61,337 nucleotides of DNA from Ideonella sp. (GCA_025458335.1 JALOSQ010000004.1:1-61337); one strand, 5' to 3'. Positions 12,304-24,955 are shown, counted from the stretch's first letter. Notes: generated from the letters alone by a model not told the origin. Made by a program: numbers and translations.

Positions 12304-12774
12304 ATGAACCGTCTCTCCGCGATCCTGCCGCCCGCGAATGTCGTGGTCGGCGTCGAGGCGACCAGCAAGAAGCGAGCCTTCGAGCAGGCGGGTCTGCTGT
12401 TCGAGAACCAGCACGCCATTGCACGGGCGACCGTGACCGACAACCTGTTCGCACGCGAACGGCTCGGCTCGACCGGACTTGGTCACGGGGTGGCGATCCC
12501 CCATGGCCGCATCAAGGGCCTGAAGAACCCGCTGGCGGCCGTGCTGCGGGTGCACCAGCCGATCGGCTTCGACGCCCCGGACGACGAGCCCGTGAGCCTG
12601 CTCATCTTCCTGCTCGTGCCCGAGGCGGCCACCCAGCGGCATCTCGAGATCCTGTCCGAGATCGCCGAGATGCTCAGCGACAAGGACCTGCGGGAACGGC
12701 TCAAGACCGAGCCGGAGGCCAGCAAGGTCCACGAGCTGATCTCCAACTGGGAGCCGCTGAAGTCGGTGGCTTGA
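12304..12774 (+). CDS. ptsN: PTS IIA-like nitrogen regulatory protein PtsN
   Basis: 156 aa from ATG 12304. It contains [14 protein letters not shown]...[19 protein letters not shown], which includes the phosphorylatable His motif. Confidence 0.9.
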   Translation: MNRLSAILPPANVVVGVEATSKKRAFEQAGLLFENQHAIARATVTDNLFARERLGSTGLGHGVAIPHGRIKGLKNPLAAVLRVHQPIGFDAPDDEPVSLLIFLLVPEAATQRHLEILSEIAEMLSDKDLRERLKTEPEASKVHELISNWEPLKSVA

Positions 12775-12787
12775 AGGTCCGGCGACC

Positions 12788-13750
12788 TTGAAGCCCACCG
12801 TCATCAGCGCCGAGGCGCTGTTCGAGGAGCACCGGACCGCGCTCCGGTGGGAGTGGGTAGCCGGGCATGCGCACCCCGAGCGGCACTTCGACGAGGCCGC
12901 AGTCCGTGACGCGCAGTCGGCCGCCGACCTCGTCGGCTACCTGAACTACATCCACCCGTACCGCGTGCAGATCGTCGGCCGCCGCGAGGTGGCCTACCTG
13001 GAGTCGTCCTCACCGGAAGACCAGGAGCGGCGCATCCAGCGCATCGTGACCCTCGAGCCACCGGTGGTCATCGTGGCCGACGATCAAACGCCGCCCGACC
13101 GGCTGGTGGCCATGTGCGAACGCGCCGAGATCCCGCTGTTCGTCACGGGCGAGTCCGCTGGCCACGTGATCGACGTCGTGCGTGGCTTCCTGAGCCAGCA
13201 CTTTGCCGAGCGAACGACCCGACACGGCGTGTTCATGGACATCCTGGGCATGGGCGTGCTGCTCACGGGCGAGTCGGGCCTGGGCAAGAGCGAACTCGGG
13301 CTCGAACTCATTTCGCGCGGCCACGGGCTCGTCGCCGACGACGCAGTGGACCTGTACCGCGTGTCGCAGACGGCGCTGGAGGGCCGCTGCCCCGAACTGC
13401 TGATGAACCTGCTCGAGGTTCGCGGCATCGGGCTGCTGGACATCAAGGGCATCTTCGGCGAGACCGCCGTGCGCCGGAAGATGCGTCTGAAGCTGATCGT
13501 GCACCTGGTGCGCAAGGAGACGATGGAGCGCGAGTTCGAGCGCCTGCCCTACGAACCGCTGTACGAGGAGATCCTCGGCGTACCGGTGCGCAAGGCCGTG
13601 ATCACCGTCGATGCCGGACGCAACCTCGCGGTGCTGGTCGAGGCGGCGGTGCGCAACACGATCCTTCAGCTGCGCGGCATCGACACCTACAAGGAGTTCA
13701 TCGAGCGCCACCAGCGCGCCTTGATGAACCCCCAGGGCGGCGACACCTGA
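12788..13750 (+). CDS. hprK: HPr kinase/phosphorylase
   Basis: 320 aa with the P-loop [25 protein letters not shown] and [11 protein letters not shown]. The track start at 12788 is a TTG. Confidence 0.9.
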   Translation: MKPTVISAEALFEEHRTALRWEWVAGHAHPERHFDEAAVRDAQSAADLVGYLNYIHPYRVQIVGRREVAYLESSSPEDQERRIQRIVTLEPPVVIVADDQTPPDRLVAMCERAEIPLFVTGESAGHVIDVVRGFLSQHFAERTTRHGVFMDILGMGVLLTGESGLGKSELGLELISRGHGLVADDAVDLYRVSQTALEGRCPELLMNLLEVRGIGLLDIKGIFGETAVRRKMRLKLIVHLVRKETMEREFERLPYEPLYEEILGVPVRKAVITVDAGRNLAVLVEAAVRNTILQLRGIDTYKEFIERHQRALMNPQGGDT

Positions 13751-13801
13751 GGTCGCCGGGGCGGCTGCCGCCGGCATGGCGCGTGGCCGCGCCGTGCAAA
13801 C

Positions 13802-14251
13802 TCACTTGCGCCGGTACGGGCAATCGGGCTTGAGGCAGCTTGCGTACAGGGACAGCGCGTGGTCCTGGAGATCGAAACCTCGTGCCTGGGCCACTGCCCG
13901 CTGCCGCGCCTCGATCTCCGGATCGAAGAACTCCTCCACGTGCCCGCAGTCGAGGCAGACCAGGTGGTCGTGATGCTGGCCCTCGTTGAGCTCGAAGACC
14001 GCCTTGCCGGCCTCAAAGTGGTTGCGCGACAGCAGGCCCGCCTGCTCGAACTGCATGAGCACACGGTAGACGGTGGCCAGCCCGACGTCGGCGCCGTCGG
14101 CCAGCAGCACCTTGTAGACGTCCTCGGCGCTCAGGTGCCGCTGCGCACTCTTCTGGAACACCTCCAGCACCTTGATGCGAGGCAGCGTGGCCTTCAGCCC
14201 GCTGCTCTTGAGTTCGTCGGCATGGGTGCCGGTGGCTCGGGCTTGCGGCAT
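13802..14251 (-). CDS. fur: ferric uptake regulator Fur
   Basis: 149 aa with [39 protein letters not shown], and [11 protein letters not shown]...C..C. Confidence 0.95.
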   Translation of the reverse strand: MPQARATGTHADELKSSGLKATLPRIKVLEVFQKSAQRHLSAEDVYKVLLADGADVGLATVYRVLMQFEQAGLLSRNHFEAGKAVFELNEGQHHDHLVCLDCGHVEEFFDPEIEARQRAVAQARGFDLQDHALSLYASCLKPDCPYRRK

Positions 14252-14283
14252 GCGACGTGCCCCCTGGGATCTAGAATCGTCCG

Positions 14284-14868
14284 ATGATATCGAGGCTGCA
14301 GACGCCCCCTGCCAACCCGTCCGGCCGCCCGCGGAGGGCCGTCTCCGCCGGCCTGGCGTTCGCGCTGGTCCTGACCGCGACGCTGCTCGGCGGTTGCGCC
14401 TCCTTGCAGCGATCCGACAGCCTGGTGAGCGCCCTCACGCCCTATCGCATGGAGATCGTTCAGGGCAACGTCGTGACACGTGAACAGGCGGCGCTCGTGA
14501 GGCCCGGGATGACCCGGGCCCAGGTGCGCGACGTGCTCGGCTCCCCGCTGCTGGCCAGCGCGTTCCACGCCGATCGATGGGACTACGTGTTCACGATCCG
14601 CCGGCAAGGCGCCGAGCCGCAGGTGCGACGCGTGCTCGTCCGGTTCGAAGGCGACCGCCTCGCGTCGATCGACACCGGCGGTGAACTGCCCGGCGAGCGC
14701 GAGTTCGTCGCGTCCATCGATCCGACGCGCCCGGCACGCACGCCCCCCTCGCTCGCGCTGACGGACGAGCAGTTGGCGGCGCTCCCCCGCCCGGCGCCCG
14801 CCGCGCCCGCCGTGCCCGCGGAGCCTCCCTCCGCGCCGCGCGCCTTCCCGCCCCTGGAGCCCCGCTGA
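14284..14868 (+). CDS. bamE: outer membrane protein assembly factor BamE (SmpA/OmlA lipoprotein)
   Basis: 194 aa with the lipobox LLGGC, then [37 protein letters not shown] and a Pro/Ala-rich tail. Confidence 0.85.
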   Translation: MISRLQTPPANPSGRPRRAVSAGLAFALVLTATLLGGCASLQRSDSLVSALTPYRMEIVQGNVVTREQAALVRPGMTRAQVRDVLGSPLLASAFHADRWDYVFTIRRQGAEPQVRRVLVRFEGDRLASIDTGGELPGEREFVASIDPTRPARTPPSLALTDEQLAALPRPAPAAPAVPAEPPSAPRAFPPLEPR

Positions 14869-15689
14869 TGCCCGCCCCTGCCGCGCCGCCGTGGCGTGTG
14901 GCGGTCGCCGGCGCGTCGGGCCGGATGGGCCGCATGCTCATCGAGGCGGTGCTCGAATCGGAGGACCTCGCACTCGCGGGCGCGCTCGACCAGGCCGGCA
15001 GCCCCGCCATCGGCTCGGACGCCGCCGCGTTCCTCGGCCGCCCGTGCGGTGTCTCGGTGGTCGACGACCTTGCCGCCGGCATCGCCGCGGCCGACGTGCT
15101 CATCGACTTCACGCGTCCGGAGGGCACGCTCGCGCACCTGGCCGCGTGCCGCGCGCGCGGTGTGCGCGCCGTGATCGGCACGACCGGCTTCAGCGATGCG
15201 CAAAAGCGGCAGATCGCCGAGATCGCGCAGGACATCGCCGTCGTGATGGCGCCCAACATGAGTGTGGGCGTCAACGTCGTGCTGCGCCTGCTCGAGATGG
15301 CCGCGCGCAGCCTGGCGCAGGGCTACGACATCGAAATCATCGAGGCGCACCACCGCCACAAGGTCGACGCCCCGAGCGGCACCGCGCTGGCGATGGGTGA
15401 GGCCGTGGCGGGGGCGCTGGGGCGCTCGCTCAAGGACTGTGCGGTCTACGGCCGCGAGGGCGTCACCGGCGAGCGCGACCCGTCCACCATCGGGTTCGCG
15501 ACGGTGCGCGGCGGCGACATCGTGGGCGATCACACGGTCCTGTTCGCCGGCATCGGCGAGCGCATCGAGATCACGCACAAGAGTTCGAGCCGCGCGACCT
15601 ACGCGCAAGGCAGCCTGCGCGCGGCCCGCTTCCTGCGCGGCCACACGAAGGGCCTGTTCGGCATGTCCGAGGTGCTGGGACTGGACTGA
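14868..15689 (+). CDS. dapB: 4-hydroxy-tetrahydrodipicolinate reductase
   Basis: 273 aa with [12 protein letters not shown] and [16 protein letters not shown]. The start overlaps the bamE stop by 1 nt. Confidence 0.95.
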   Translation: MPAPAAPPWRVAVAGASGRMGRMLIEAVLESEDLALAGALDQAGSPAIGSDAAAFLGRPCGVSVVDDLAAGIAAADVLIDFTRPEGTLAHLAACRARGVRAVIGTTGFSDAQKRQIAEIAQDIAVVMAPNMSVGVNVVLRLLEMAARSLAQGYDIEIIEAHHRHKVDAPSGTALAMGEAVAGALGRSLKDCAVYGREGVTGERDPSTIGFATVRGGDIVGDHTVLFAGIGERIEITHKSSSRATYAQGSLRAARFLRGHTKGLFGMSEVLGLD

Positions 15690-15791
15690 CCCGCTCCCCC
15701 CAGCGGTAGGCCCCCGTCGGCGGGTCCCTGCGGTCGTCCACCCCCACCCGAGCAGAGGCACACTGCGCGGCACGACCCCCGGCGCAACGTC

Positions 15792-16502
<711 letters not shown>

Positions 16503-16510
16503 GGCAGGCC

Positions 16511-16969
16511 ATGGCCTTCGGGCGGCTCGAGCGCGATCCCCCGCCTCGCCCGATGGCGGACATCAACATGACGCCACTGATCGACGTCATGCTCGTGCTG
16601 CTGGTGATCTTCATGGTCACCGCGCCGCTGGTGGCCGCCAGCCTCAAGCTGGAACTGCCGTCGGTCGAAGGCTCGGCCCCGGCCGGCGATCGTCCGTCGA
16701 TCACGCTGAGCCTGGACGCGGCCGGGACCCTGCGGCTGGAACGCGACAACCTGAGCTGGGCGGAGCTGGACGGCGCACTGGCCACGGCAGCGCGGCGCGA
16801 CCCGCACACCGAGCTGCACCTGCGAATCGACCGCACGGTCGCCTACGGCCAGGTCGCGGAGCTGATCGGGCGCGCGCAGCGCGCGGGGCTGACCCGTATC
16901 GGATTCGTCACCGACCCGTCCGAAGGGGTGGAGGCCACGCCGCCGCCGGGCGCCGCCCGCGCGCGTTGA
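16511..16969 (+). CDS. exbD: ExbD/TolR biopolymer transport protein
   Basis: 152 aa, ADINMTPLIDVMLVLLVIFMV..., located directly downstream of exbB. Confidence 0.85.
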   Translation: MAFGRLERDPPPRPMADINMTPLIDVMLVLLVIFMVTAPLVAASLKLELPSVEGSAPAGDRPSITLSLDAAGTLRLERDNLSWAELDGALATAARRDPHTELHLRIDRTVAYGQVAELIGRAQRAGLTRIGFVTDPSEGVEATPPPGAARAR

Positions 16970-17047
16970 ACGGCTCCCGCGGCGGGCGGGCACGCCCCGG
17001 TTCCTAGAATCGGGCCGATCCTGCTTCGCCGCGCCGCGGCCGCCTCC

Positions 17048-19687
17048 ATGAACACCGACTTCCAACCGAGCGCGCTCGAGCGCGCCGCCCAGGCCGCGTG
17101 GGCCGCCGCCGACGCCTACCGCGTCACGGAGGACCCGTCCCGCCCGAAGTTCTATGCCTGCTCCATGCTGCCGTACCCCAGCGGCAAGCTGCACATGGGG
17201 CACGTGCGCAACTACACCATCAACGACATGCTCACGCGCCAGCTGCGCATGAAGGGCATGAACGTGCTGATGCCCATGGGCTGGGACGCGTTCGGCCTGC
17301 CGGCCGAGAACGCTGCGATCAAGAACAAGGTGCCGCCGGCGAAGTGGACCTACGACAACATCGCCCACATGAAGGGCCAGATGCTCGCGATGGGCCTGGC
17401 CATCGACTGGAGCCGGGAGGTCGCCACCTGTGACCCGGCGTACTACAAGTGGAACCAGTGGCTGTTCCTGCGCATGCTCGAGGCGGGCATCGCCGAGCGG
17501 CGCACGCAAGTCGTCAACTGGGACCCGGTCGACCAGACGGTGCTGGCCAACGAGCAGGTCATCGACGGGCGCGGCTGGCGATCGGGCGCGATCGTCGAAA
17601 AGCGCGAGATCCCGGGCTACTACCTCAACATCACGAAGTACGCACCCGAGCTGCTCCACCACGTGATCGACGGGCTGGAGGGCTGGCCCGAGCGCGTCAA
17701 GCTGATGCAGGAGAACTGGATCGGACGCAGCCAGGGTGTGCGCTTCGCCTTCCCCCACGACATCCGAGATGCCCAGGGGCATCCGATCGGCGGGGGCCGC
17801 CTGTACGTGTTCACCACGCGCGCCGACACGATCATGGGCGTGACCTTCTGCGCGGTCGCACCCGAGCACCCGCTCGCGCTGCGCGCGGCCGAACTCGACC
17901 CGAAGGTCGCAGCCTTCCTCGAGTCCTGCAAGTCCGGCGGCACCACCGAGGCCGAGCTCGCCACGCAGGAGAAAAAGGGCGTGCCCACCGGGTTCACCGT
18001 GACCCACCCGCTTTCCAACCAGCCGGTGCCGGTCTGGGTGGGCAACTACGTCCTGATGGGCTACGGCGACGGCGCGGTGATGGGGGTGCCGGGCCACGAC
18101 GAGCGCGACTTCGCCTTCGCGCGCACCTACGGGCTGGACATCCTGCAGGTCGTGCACATCGACGGGCTGGAGTACGACTACGCGCGCTGGCAGGAGTGGT
18201 ACGCCGACAAGCAGCACGGCGTGACCGTCAACTCCGACGTCTACAGCGGCCTCTCGTACGCCGACGCGGTGGATGCGGTGGCTGCCGCGCTGGGGCGCCT
18301 CGGCCTCGGCGAGAAGCAGACCACCTGGCGCCTGCGCGACTGGGGCATCAGCCGCCAGCGCTACTGGGGCACGCCGATCCCGATCATCCACTGCGACGAG
18401 CACGGCGCCGTGCCGGTGCGCGACGAGGACCTGCCCGTCGTGCTGCCCGAGCACCACATTCCCGACGGCAGCGGCAACCCGCTGAACAAGGACGCAGCCT
18501 TCCTGGCCGCGCCCTGCCCGGTGTGCGGCAAGCCGAGCCGCCGCGAGACGGACACGATGGACACCTTCGTGGACTCGTCGTGGTACTTCATGCGCTACTG
18601 CGACCCGAAACTCGACACGGCCATGGTCGGGCCGGGCACCGCGTACTGGATGCCGATGGACCAGTACATCGGCGGCATCGAGCACGCGATCCTGCACCTG
18701 CTGTACGCACGCTTCTGGACCAAGGTCATGCGCGACCTGGGCCTGGTGAAGATCGACGAGCCGTTCACCCGGCTGCTGACGCAGGGCATGGTGCTCAACC
18801 ACATCTATTCGCGCCGCACCACATCGGGCGGCATCGAGTACTTCTGGCCGCACGAGGTCGACAACACCTTCGACGCCGACGGCAAGGTCACCGGCGCCAC
18901 CCTCAAGCGTGACGGCTCGGCCGTGACCTACGAGGGCGTGGGCACGATGAGCAAGAGCAAGAACAACGGCGTCGACCCGCAGGAACTCATCGACCGCTAC
19001 GGCGCCGACACCGCGCGTCTGTTCGTCATGTTCGCCTCGCCCCCGGAGCAGACGCTCGAGTGGAACGACGCAGGCGTCGAGGGCGCGCACCGCTTCCTCA
19101 AGCGGCTCTGGGGCTTCGCGGCCCGCCATGCCGACGCGCTGCGCGACGCCACCGCCGGGGACCTGAGCGGCGCCTTGCCGAGCGAGGCGGCGCGAGCGCT
19201 GCGGCGCGAGGTGCACCTCGTGCTCAAGCAGATCTCGCACGACTACGAGCGCATGCAGTACAACACCGTGGTGTCGGGCTGCATGAAGCTGCTCAACGCC
19301 CTCGAGACCTTCGGTGTCGGCTCGGACGCGGGCGATCGCGCCGTGGCATGCGAAGGGATGTCGATCCTGCTGCGAGCCCTCTACCCGGCCTGCCCGCACG
19401 CCACCTGGACGCTATGGCGCGAACTCGGCTTCGCCGACCGCCTGGGCGACCTGCTCGACGCCCCGTGGCCCGAGGTCGACCCCACCGCGCTGGTACAGGA
19501 CGAGGTCGAGCTGATGCTGCAGGTCAACGGCAAGCTGCGCGGCTCGATCCGCGTGAAGGCGGACGCCGACCAGCGCACCATCGAGGCCGCAGCGCTGGCG
19601 AGCCAGGACTTCGTCAAGTTCGCCGACGGGCGCCCGCCGCGACGGGTGATCGTGGTGCCGGGACGTCTGGTCAACGTGGTCGTCTGA
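17048..19687 (+). CDS. leuS: leucine--tRNA ligase
   Basis: 879 aa with the HIGH-type motif [11 protein letters not shown] and the KMSKS motif ([11 protein letters not shown]). Confidence 0.98.
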   Translation: MNTDFQPSALERAAQAAWAAADAYRVTEDPSRPKFYACSMLPYPSGKLHMGHVRNYTINDMLTRQLRMKGMNVLMPMGWDAFGLPAENAAIKNKVPPAKWTYDNIAHMKGQMLAMGLAIDWSREVATCDPAYYKWNQWLFLRMLEAGIAERRTQVVNWDPVDQTVLANEQVIDGRGWRSGAIVEKREIPGYYLNITKYAPELLHHVIDGLEGWPERVKLMQENWIGRSQGVRFAFPHDIRDAQGHPIGGGRLYVFTTRADTIMGVTFCAVAPEHPLALRAAELDPKVAAFLESCKSGGTTEAELATQEKKGVPTGFTVTHPLSNQPVPVWVGNYVLMGYGDGAVMGVPGHDERDFAFARTYGLDILQVVHIDGLEYDYARWQEWYADKQHGVTVNSDVYSGLSYADAVDAVAAALGRLGLGEKQTTWRLRDWGISRQRYWGTPIPIIHCDEHGAVPVRDEDLPVVLPEHHIPDGSGNPLNKDAAFLAAPCPVCGKPSRRETDTMDTFVDSSWYFMRYCDPKLDTAMVGPGTAYWMPMDQYIGGIEHAILHLLYARFWTKVMRDLGLVKIDEPFTRLLTQGMVLNHIYSRRTTSGGIEYFWPHEVDNTFDADGKVTGATLKRDGSAVTYEGVGTMSKSKNNGVDPQELIDRYGADTARLFVMFASPPEQTLEWNDAGVEGAHRFLKRLWGFAARHADALRDATAGDLSGALPSEAARALRREVHLVLKQISHDYERMQYNTVVSGCMKLLNALETFGVGSDAGDRAVACEGMSILLRALYPACPHATWTLWRELGFADRLGDLLDAPWPEVDPTALVQDEVELMLQVNGKLRGSIRVKADADQRTIEAAALASQDFVKFADGRPPRRVIVVPGRLVNVVV

Positions 19688-20241
19688 TGGGCGTGGCCGC
19701 CACCTTCGCCCGCCGTACCAGGCACCGGGCAGCGTCGCGCCGGGCGGTCCTGCGCGTGGCGGGCCTCACGTGCCTGGCCGGCGCCGGACTCGGCGGCTGC
19801 GGCTTCCGCCTGCGCCAGGCGCCGCGCTTTTCGTTTCGCAGCATCGCGCTCGCCGGGTTTCGACCCGGCTCCCCGATGGCCGCCGAGCTGCGGCGTGCGC
19901 TGGAGGACACCCGCGGACCCCGCGTCGTCGAGCGTCTCGACGAGGCCGAGGTCGTGCTCGAGTCGCTCGACGACGTCCGCGAGAAGGCCGTCGTGGCGCT
20001 GACGGCCGCGGGCCAGGTGCGCGAGTTCGAGCTGCGCACGCGGTTCGGCTTCCGCGTGCTCAGCCCCGCTGGGCAGGTGCTGATCGAGCCGACCGAGCTG
20101 CGACAGTTGCGCGACCTGAGCTACTCCGAAACCCTGGCGCTGGCCAAGGAGCTCGAGGAGTCGCAGCTCTACCGCTCCATGCAGGCCGACATCGTCGACC
20201 AGGTGATGCGGCGCCTGGCCTCCATCCCGCCGCGCGCCTGA
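19687..20241 (+). CDS. lptE: LPS-assembly lipoprotein LptE
   Basis: The ATG overlaps the leuS stop (TGATG). It is 184 aa with the lipobox GLGGCGF, in the conserved leuS-lptE-holA order. Confidence 0.8.
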   Translation: MGVAATFARRTRHRAASRRAVLRVAGLTCLAGAGLGGCGFRLRQAPRFSFRSIALAGFRPGSPMAAELRRALEDTRGPRVVERLDEAEVVLESLDDVREKAVVALTAAGQVREFELRTRFGFRVLSPAGQVLIEPTELRQLRDLSYSETLALAKELEESQLYRSMQADIVDQVMRRLASIPPRA

Positions 20242-20248
20242 GCACGGC

Positions 20249-21340
20249 ATGCAGGTCCGGGCCGATCAACTCGAGGCGCACCTCGCCCGCGGCGTGCGGC
20301 CGTTGTACGCGCTGCATGGCGATGAAGCGCTGCTCGTGCAGGAAGCGGCCGACGCCATCCGCGCGGCGGCCCGGGCCGCGGGCTGCACCGAGCGCCAGGT
20401 GCACACGGTGAGCGGCGGTCACTTCAACTGGAGCGGGTTGCTCGGGGCGAGCCGGTCGATGAGCCTGTTCGCCGATCGGCAACTCGTCGAGATCCGCATC
20501 CCGGGCGGTAAGCCCGGCAAGGACGGCTCGGAGGCGCTCCAGCGCTACTGCGAGGGGCTCGGCGAGGACACCGTCACGCTGATCCTGTTGCCCCGGCTCG
20601 ACCGCCTGCAGCAGTCCAGCGGCTGGTTTGCCGCCCTCGACGCGCATGGCGTCACGGTGCGCGTCGACCCCGTGGAGCGGTCAGCGCTGCCCGCCTGGCT
20701 CGCCCGCCGCCTCGCGCGCCAGGGCCAGCACGTGCCGGCCGGCGAGCCGGGCGAGCGCTGCCTCGCCTGGATCGCCGATCGCGTGGAAGGCAACCTGCTG
20801 GCCGCCCACCAGGAACTGCAGAAGCTCGCCTTGCTGCGGCCCGCCGGCGAGCTGAGCTTCGAGGACATCGCCGCGGCGGTTCAGGACGTCGCACGGTTCG
20901 ATCCCGCGCAGCTGGCCGAAGCTGCGCTCTCGGGCCGGTCGGAACGGGTCTGGCGCGTGCTGGAGGGCCTGCGCGCCGAGGGCGAGAGCCCGGCGCGGGT
21001 CGCGTGGGTGCTCGGCGAGGACCTGCGGGCCTTGCACCGGGTGCTGGGCGCGGTATCGTCGGGGGTGCCACTGCCCGCTGCCTTGCGCGGCGAGCGCCTG
21101 TGGGGCGGGCGTGAACGCTGGATCGAGCGCGCCGCCACGAGCGTGCAGCTCGAGCAGGCCGCCGACTGGCTCGACGGGGCGGCCCGGTGCGACGCGATCG
21201 CCAAGGGCCTCAAGGTGCCCGGCTGGCCCGCCGACGCCTGGGGCGCGCTCGGCCGCCTGGCCTGGAGCGTGGCCGCGCGCGGTCGGGCGACCTCGGGGCA
21301 GACCCGGGGGCGGGAACTCGCCGCGATGCCAAGGCACTGA
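20249..21340 (+). CDS. holA: DNA polymerase III subunit delta
   Basis: 363 aa, [27 protein letters not shown]..., in the position after lptE. Confidence 0.85.
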   Translation: MQVRADQLEAHLARGVRPLYALHGDEALLVQEAADAIRAAARAAGCTERQVHTVSGGHFNWSGLLGASRSMSLFADRQLVEIRIPGGKPGKDGSEALQRYCEGLGEDTVTLILLPRLDRLQQSSGWFAALDAHGVTVRVDPVERSALPAWLARRLARQGQHVPAGEPGERCLAWIADRVEGNLLAAHQELQKLALLRPAGELSFEDIAAAVQDVARFDPAQLAEAALSGRSERVWRVLEGLRAEGESPARVAWVLGEDLRALHRVLGAVSSGVPLPAALRGERLWGGRERWIERAATSVQLEQAADWLDGAARCDAIAKGLKVPGWPADAWGALGRLAWSVAARGRATSGQTRGRELAAMPRH

Positions 21341-21430
21341 CCTTGGAGAAGACCCCGCGCGCTGCCATCGGCGCGCGGCGAACACGGCCCGGCGCCCCGC
21401 AATGCGGGACGCACGACGCGAAAGGACACG

Positions 21431-22657
21431 ATGGCAGACACGATCTCCTGGATCACCATGCCGTGGGCCCTGCGGCCGGACACGCTGCTGGGCGCAGCCT
21501 TGCTGCTCATGCTCGCAGCCTTGCTCGGCGAACTCGCCTGGCGGCTGCTGCGCTGGCCCCGCCTGATGGGTCCGGTGCTCGTGGGCACGGTGCTGGCGGT
21601 GGCCGGCGCCGGGGCGCGCGGCACCGAGCCCGCACTGCGCCTGGCGGTCGACATGGCGCTGGCCCTGCTGCTGTTCGAGGCGGGCGCCCGCGTGGACCTG
21701 CGCTGGCTGCACCGCAACCCCTGGCTGCTCGCCACCGGCGTGCTCGAGGCCCTGGGCGCCGGGCTGGCCGTGCTCGTGGCCGCGCGCCTGCTGGGCCTGC
21801 CGCCCGAGGTCGCGGCGCCGCTCGCGCTGATCGCCATCGGGGTGTCGCCAGCGGTGATCCAGCGCGTCGTCGGCGACGGCCACGCCGAGGGCCAGGTGAC
21901 CGAGCGGCTGATCCTGTTGTCCACGCTCAACACGCTGGTGGCCATCGTCGGTCTCAAGATGCTCAGCGCGGGCGTCCTGCTCAGCGATCCCGACACGTGG
22001 CTGGAGGCCCTGCCCGAGGTGCTGTTCTCGTTCAGCGGGTCGATCCTCCTGGGTGCGGCCCTCGGCGAGGGCATCGCCCTCGTGGCCCGGCGCTTCGACC
22101 TGCGGGACGACCATGCGGCCGTGATCGTGCTGGCAGGCGTGCTGCTGGCGCTGGTCGCGGCCAAGACGCTGGCGCTGTCCACGCTGCTCGTGCCGCTGAT
22201 GGCCGGGCTGTGGCTGCGGTTCCGCTACCAGCGGCCATGGGTATGGCCACGTCACTTCGGCAGTGCCGGCAGCGTGCTGGTGATGGTGGCCACGGTCGCC
22301 GTGGCCTCGGCGTGGTCGCCGAGCGTGCTGGTGGCCGGAGGCTTCACGGCCCTCGTGCTCCTCGCGGTGCGGGCCTTGGCCAAGGCCGCCGCCGTGGCTG
22401 CGCTGGCGCTGCCGAGCGGCCTGGGCTGGCGACAGGCCGGGGCCCTCGCGGGCGGCTTGCTGCCGCTGTCGGCCACCGCATGGGTCATGGGACTGGACTA
22501 CGCGCTGCGGCACCCCGTCGCCGGCGCCGCGATGCTGCCGCTGCTGCTGGCGATGATCGCGCTCACCGAGTTCGCCGCCCCGCTGGTGGTGCGCGCGGCG
22601 CTGCGCTTCGCCGGCGACATCGAGCCGCGCTCGCCCGGACGGAGGGATACGCCATGA
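21431..22657 (+). CDS. cation:proton antiporter (Na+/H+ exchanger family membrane protein)
   Basis: 408 aa with about 11-12 TM helices and the typical N-terminus [22 protein letters not shown]. Confidence 0.75.
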   Translation: MADTISWITMPWALRPDTLLGAALLLMLAALLGELAWRLLRWPRLMGPVLVGTVLAVAGAGARGTEPALRLAVDMALALLLFEAGARVDLRWLHRNPWLLATGVLEALGAGLAVLVAARLLGLPPEVAAPLALIAIGVSPAVIQRVVGDGHAEGQVTERLILLSTLNTLVAIVGLKMLSAGVLLSDPDTWLEALPEVLFSFSGSILLGAALGEGIALVARRFDLRDDHAAVIVLAGVLLALVAAKTLALSTLLVPLMAGLWLRFRYQRPWVWPRHFGSAGSVLVMVATVAVASAWSPSVLVAGGFTALVLLAVRALAKAAAVAALALPSGLGWRQAGALAGGLLPLSATAWVMGLDYALRHPVAGAAMLPLLLAMIALTEFAAPLVVRAALRFAGDIEPRSPGRRDTP

Positions 22658-23724
22658 GCCTCCGCCACGATTACGACCTGGCGCCGGGATCCGTCGACCT
22701 GCTTCGGGTGGCCGAGCCGATGGCCCGCAAGCGCCGCCTGGTGGCCGACGTGAAGCCGGAGATCACCAGCAGCATGGTCGAGACCTCGACCGGTGTCTGC
22801 GAGCGCCATGCCGACGTGCTCAGCCAGCTGCGCGAGGCCCGCGACGTGCTGGTCGAGGCCGCCGGGCGGATGAACCTGGCGCTGGCCGGCGGCGGCACGC
22901 ACGCCTTCCAGGAGTGGAGCGCGCGGCGCATCGTCGACACCCCGCGGTACCGGCAGGTCTCGGAGCTGTACGGCTACCTGTCCAAGCAGTTCACCGTGTT
23001 CGGCCAGCACGTTCACATCGGCTGCCCCGGGCCCGACGAGGCGCTGTGGCTGCTGCATGCGATGTCGCGCTATGTGCCTCACGCGATCGCGCTGTCGGCG
23101 TCGTCGCCCTTCGTGCAGGGCCACGACACCGGCTTCCAGTCGGCGCGGCTGAACTCCGTGTTCGCGTTCCCGTTGTCCGGCCGCGCCCCCTTCGCGCTCG
23201 ATTGGGCATCGTTCAGCGACTACTTCGACAAGATGGCCCGCACCGGCGTGGTCCAGTCGATGAAGGACTTCTACTGGGACATCCGCCCCAAGCCGGAGTA
23301 CGGCACGATCGAGGTGCGCGTGATGGACACGCCGCTGACGGTGGACAAGGCCGCGGCGATCGCGGCCTACCTGCAGTGCGTGGCACGCTGGCTGGTGCTG
23401 GAGCGCCCGGTGCAACCGCACGAGGACGACTACCTCGCCTACACCTACAACCGCTTCCAGGCCTGTCGCTTCGGCCTGGACGGGGTGGTGGTCGACTCGC
23501 GCACGGCCGAGCACCGGCCGATCCGCTCGCTGATCCTGGAGACGTTGGCCAAGGTGGAGTCGCACGCGATCGAGTTGCAGGCCGAGGCGGGCCTGCGCCT
23601 GCTGCGCGGCCTGCTGGAGCGCGACGCCTGCAGCGATGCGGCGTGGCTGCGCGAGGTGCAGGACCGCGAGCAGTACCTGCCGGAGGTGGTGCGACAGCAG
23701 ACGCTGCGCTTCGCCGGCGCGTGA
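22654..23724 (+). CDS. ybdK: carboxylate-amine ligase YbdK family (glutamate--cysteine ligase family 2), N-terminally short
   Basis: ATG 22654 is preceded by GGAGGGA and overlaps the antiporter stop (ATGA). It is 356 aa with [43 protein letters not shown] and [10 protein letters not shown]. See the finding about the missing N-terminal strand. Confidence 0.85.
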   Translation: MSLRHDYDLAPGSVDLLRVAEPMARKRRLVADVKPEITSSMVETSTGVCERHADVLSQLREARDVLVEAAGRMNLALAGGGTHAFQEWSARRIVDTPRYRQVSELYGYLSKQFTVFGQHVHIGCPGPDEALWLLHAMSRYVPHAIALSASSPFVQGHDTGFQSARLNSVFAFPLSGRAPFALDWASFSDYFDKMARTGVVQSMKDFYWDIRPKPEYGTIEVRVMDTPLTVDKAAAIAAYLQCVARWLVLERPVQPHEDDYLAYTYNRFQACRFGLDGVVVDSRTAEHRPIRSLILETLAKVESHAIELQAEAGLRLLRGLLERDACSDAAWLREVQDREQYLPEVVRQQTLRFAGA

Positions 23725-23763
23725 GGCCGCCAGCCGGGCGCTTCGGACGCCTCGGCCCCGCGC

Positions 23764-24309
23764 CTATCTGGCGCGCGCGACCTCGATGAGCGCCTCCAGC
23801 GCGCGCCGGACGGTCTGGCCGCGCACCGCGGCGCGATCGCCGGCCAGTTGAAGGCGCCAAGCACGGGCCGCCTCGCCACGGCACGCCACGGCCAACCAGA
23901 CCAGCCCGACCGGCTTGTCCGCGCTGCCGCCGGTCGGGCCGGCGATCCCGGTGACGGCCACCGCGAGGTCGGCAGGCGTGCGTTCCAGCGCCCCGGCTGC
24001 CATGGCCAGCGCGACTGGTTCGCTCACCGCCCCATGCCGAGCGATCAAGTCGGCCTCGACGCCGAGCGACTCGGTCTTCGCGGCGTTGGAGTAGGTCACG
24101 AAGCCACGCTCGAACCAGTCGCTCGAACCGGGCACGGCCGTGCAGGCGGCGGCGATCAGACCCCCGGTGCACGACTCTGCGGTGGCCAGGCGCCACTGCC
24201 GGCGATGCAGGGCTTCGGCCAGGGACTGCACCCGCGATTCGAACGGCCGCAGGTCGTGCCAGGCCTCGGGTCCCGCGGCCCCCTCCTCGCCGTTGTCCGG
24301 GTGGTGCAT
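23764..24309 (-). CDS. pncC: nicotinamide-nucleotide amidohydrolase / CinA C-terminal domain protein
   Basis: 181 aa with LATAESCTGGLIAAACTAVPGSSDWFERGFVTYSNAAK. Confidence 0.9.
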   Translation of the reverse strand: MHHPDNGEEGAAGPEAWHDLRPFESRVQSLAEALHRRQWRLATAESCTGGLIAAACTAVPGSSDWFERGFVTYSNAAKTESLGVEADLIARHGAVSEPVALAMAAGALERTPADLAVAVTGIAGPTGGSADKPVGLVWLAVACRGEAARAWRLQLAGDRAAVRGQTVRRALEALIEVARAR

Positions 24310-24319
24310 GCCGCGCTCC

Positions 24320-24955
24320 TCAACCCACGGCCGTTCGCCAGACCGCGATGACCAACAAGGTGCACCCCGCGGCGACCAGGTCGTCGAACACGATGCCGAA
24401 TCCCTGCGCCATGCCGACCGGGCGGCCCCGGGCCTTGAACCGCTGATCGGCCCAGCCCACCGGGCCGGGCTTGGCCGCGTCGAACAGGCGGAACAGGCCG
24501 AAGGCCGCCGCCTGCGCCAAGAGTCCGGCTGGCGTCACGAGCCAGAGCACCAGCCAGAAGGCCACGATCTCGTCCCACACGATCGCCGACGGGTCCTCGA
24601 CCTGCAGGTGCCGAGCCGTCACCGTGCAAGCCCACCAGCCCACGCCGAGGCCGACGGCGATCACGACCCCCCAGCCCCAGGCGTCGAGCCAACGGTCGAA
24701 CACGGTGAAGGCCAGCCACGCCCACAAGGTTCCGACGGTGCCCGGCGCCCAGGGCGCAAGCCCGCTGCCGAACCCCAGGGCCACGAGGTGCGCGGGGTGC
24801 CGGAGCATGAAGCGGGCCGTCGCACGCCGCGGGCCGGCCGCCGCTGCGTCCTGGCGAGTCACCGGCGGGACGGCCTGCGCCGCGGGCGCCGCAGCGGGAT
24901 CGGCCGAGGGTTCGGCGGACCGATCGGCACTCCCCGGCACAGGCTCGGTGCTCAC
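24320..24955 (-). CDS. pgpA: phosphatidylglycerophosphatase A
   Basis: It contains FMLRHPAHLVALGFGSGLAPWAPGTVGTLWAW...VWDEIVAFW...FRLFDAAKPGPVGW. I prefer the GTG at 24955, which overlaps the thiL stop (GTGA), over the track start 24994. The start is uncertain. Confidence 0.85.
   Translation of the reverse strand: MSTEPVPGSADRSAEPSADPAAAPAAQAVPPVTRQDAAAAGPRRATARFMLRHPAHLVALGFGSGLAPWAPGTVGTLWAWLAFTVFDRWLDAWGWGVVIAVGLGVGWWACTVTARHLQVEDPSAIVWDEIVAFWLVLWLVTPAGLLAQAAAFGLFRLFDAAKPGPVGWADQRFKARGRPVGMAQGFGIVFDDLVAAGCTLLVIAVWRTAVG

Noticed and set aside
14252-14283. Fur box in the 32-bp fur/bamE divergent spacer (GATATCATCGGACGATTCTAGATC on the minus strand).
   Set aside because: It shows only a loose resemblance to the GATAATGATAATCATTATC consensus, with too many mismatches to call. 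A similar CTAGAATCG..CGAT string upstream of leuS (about 17004-17020) suggests these are simply TAGAAT-type -10 promoter elements.
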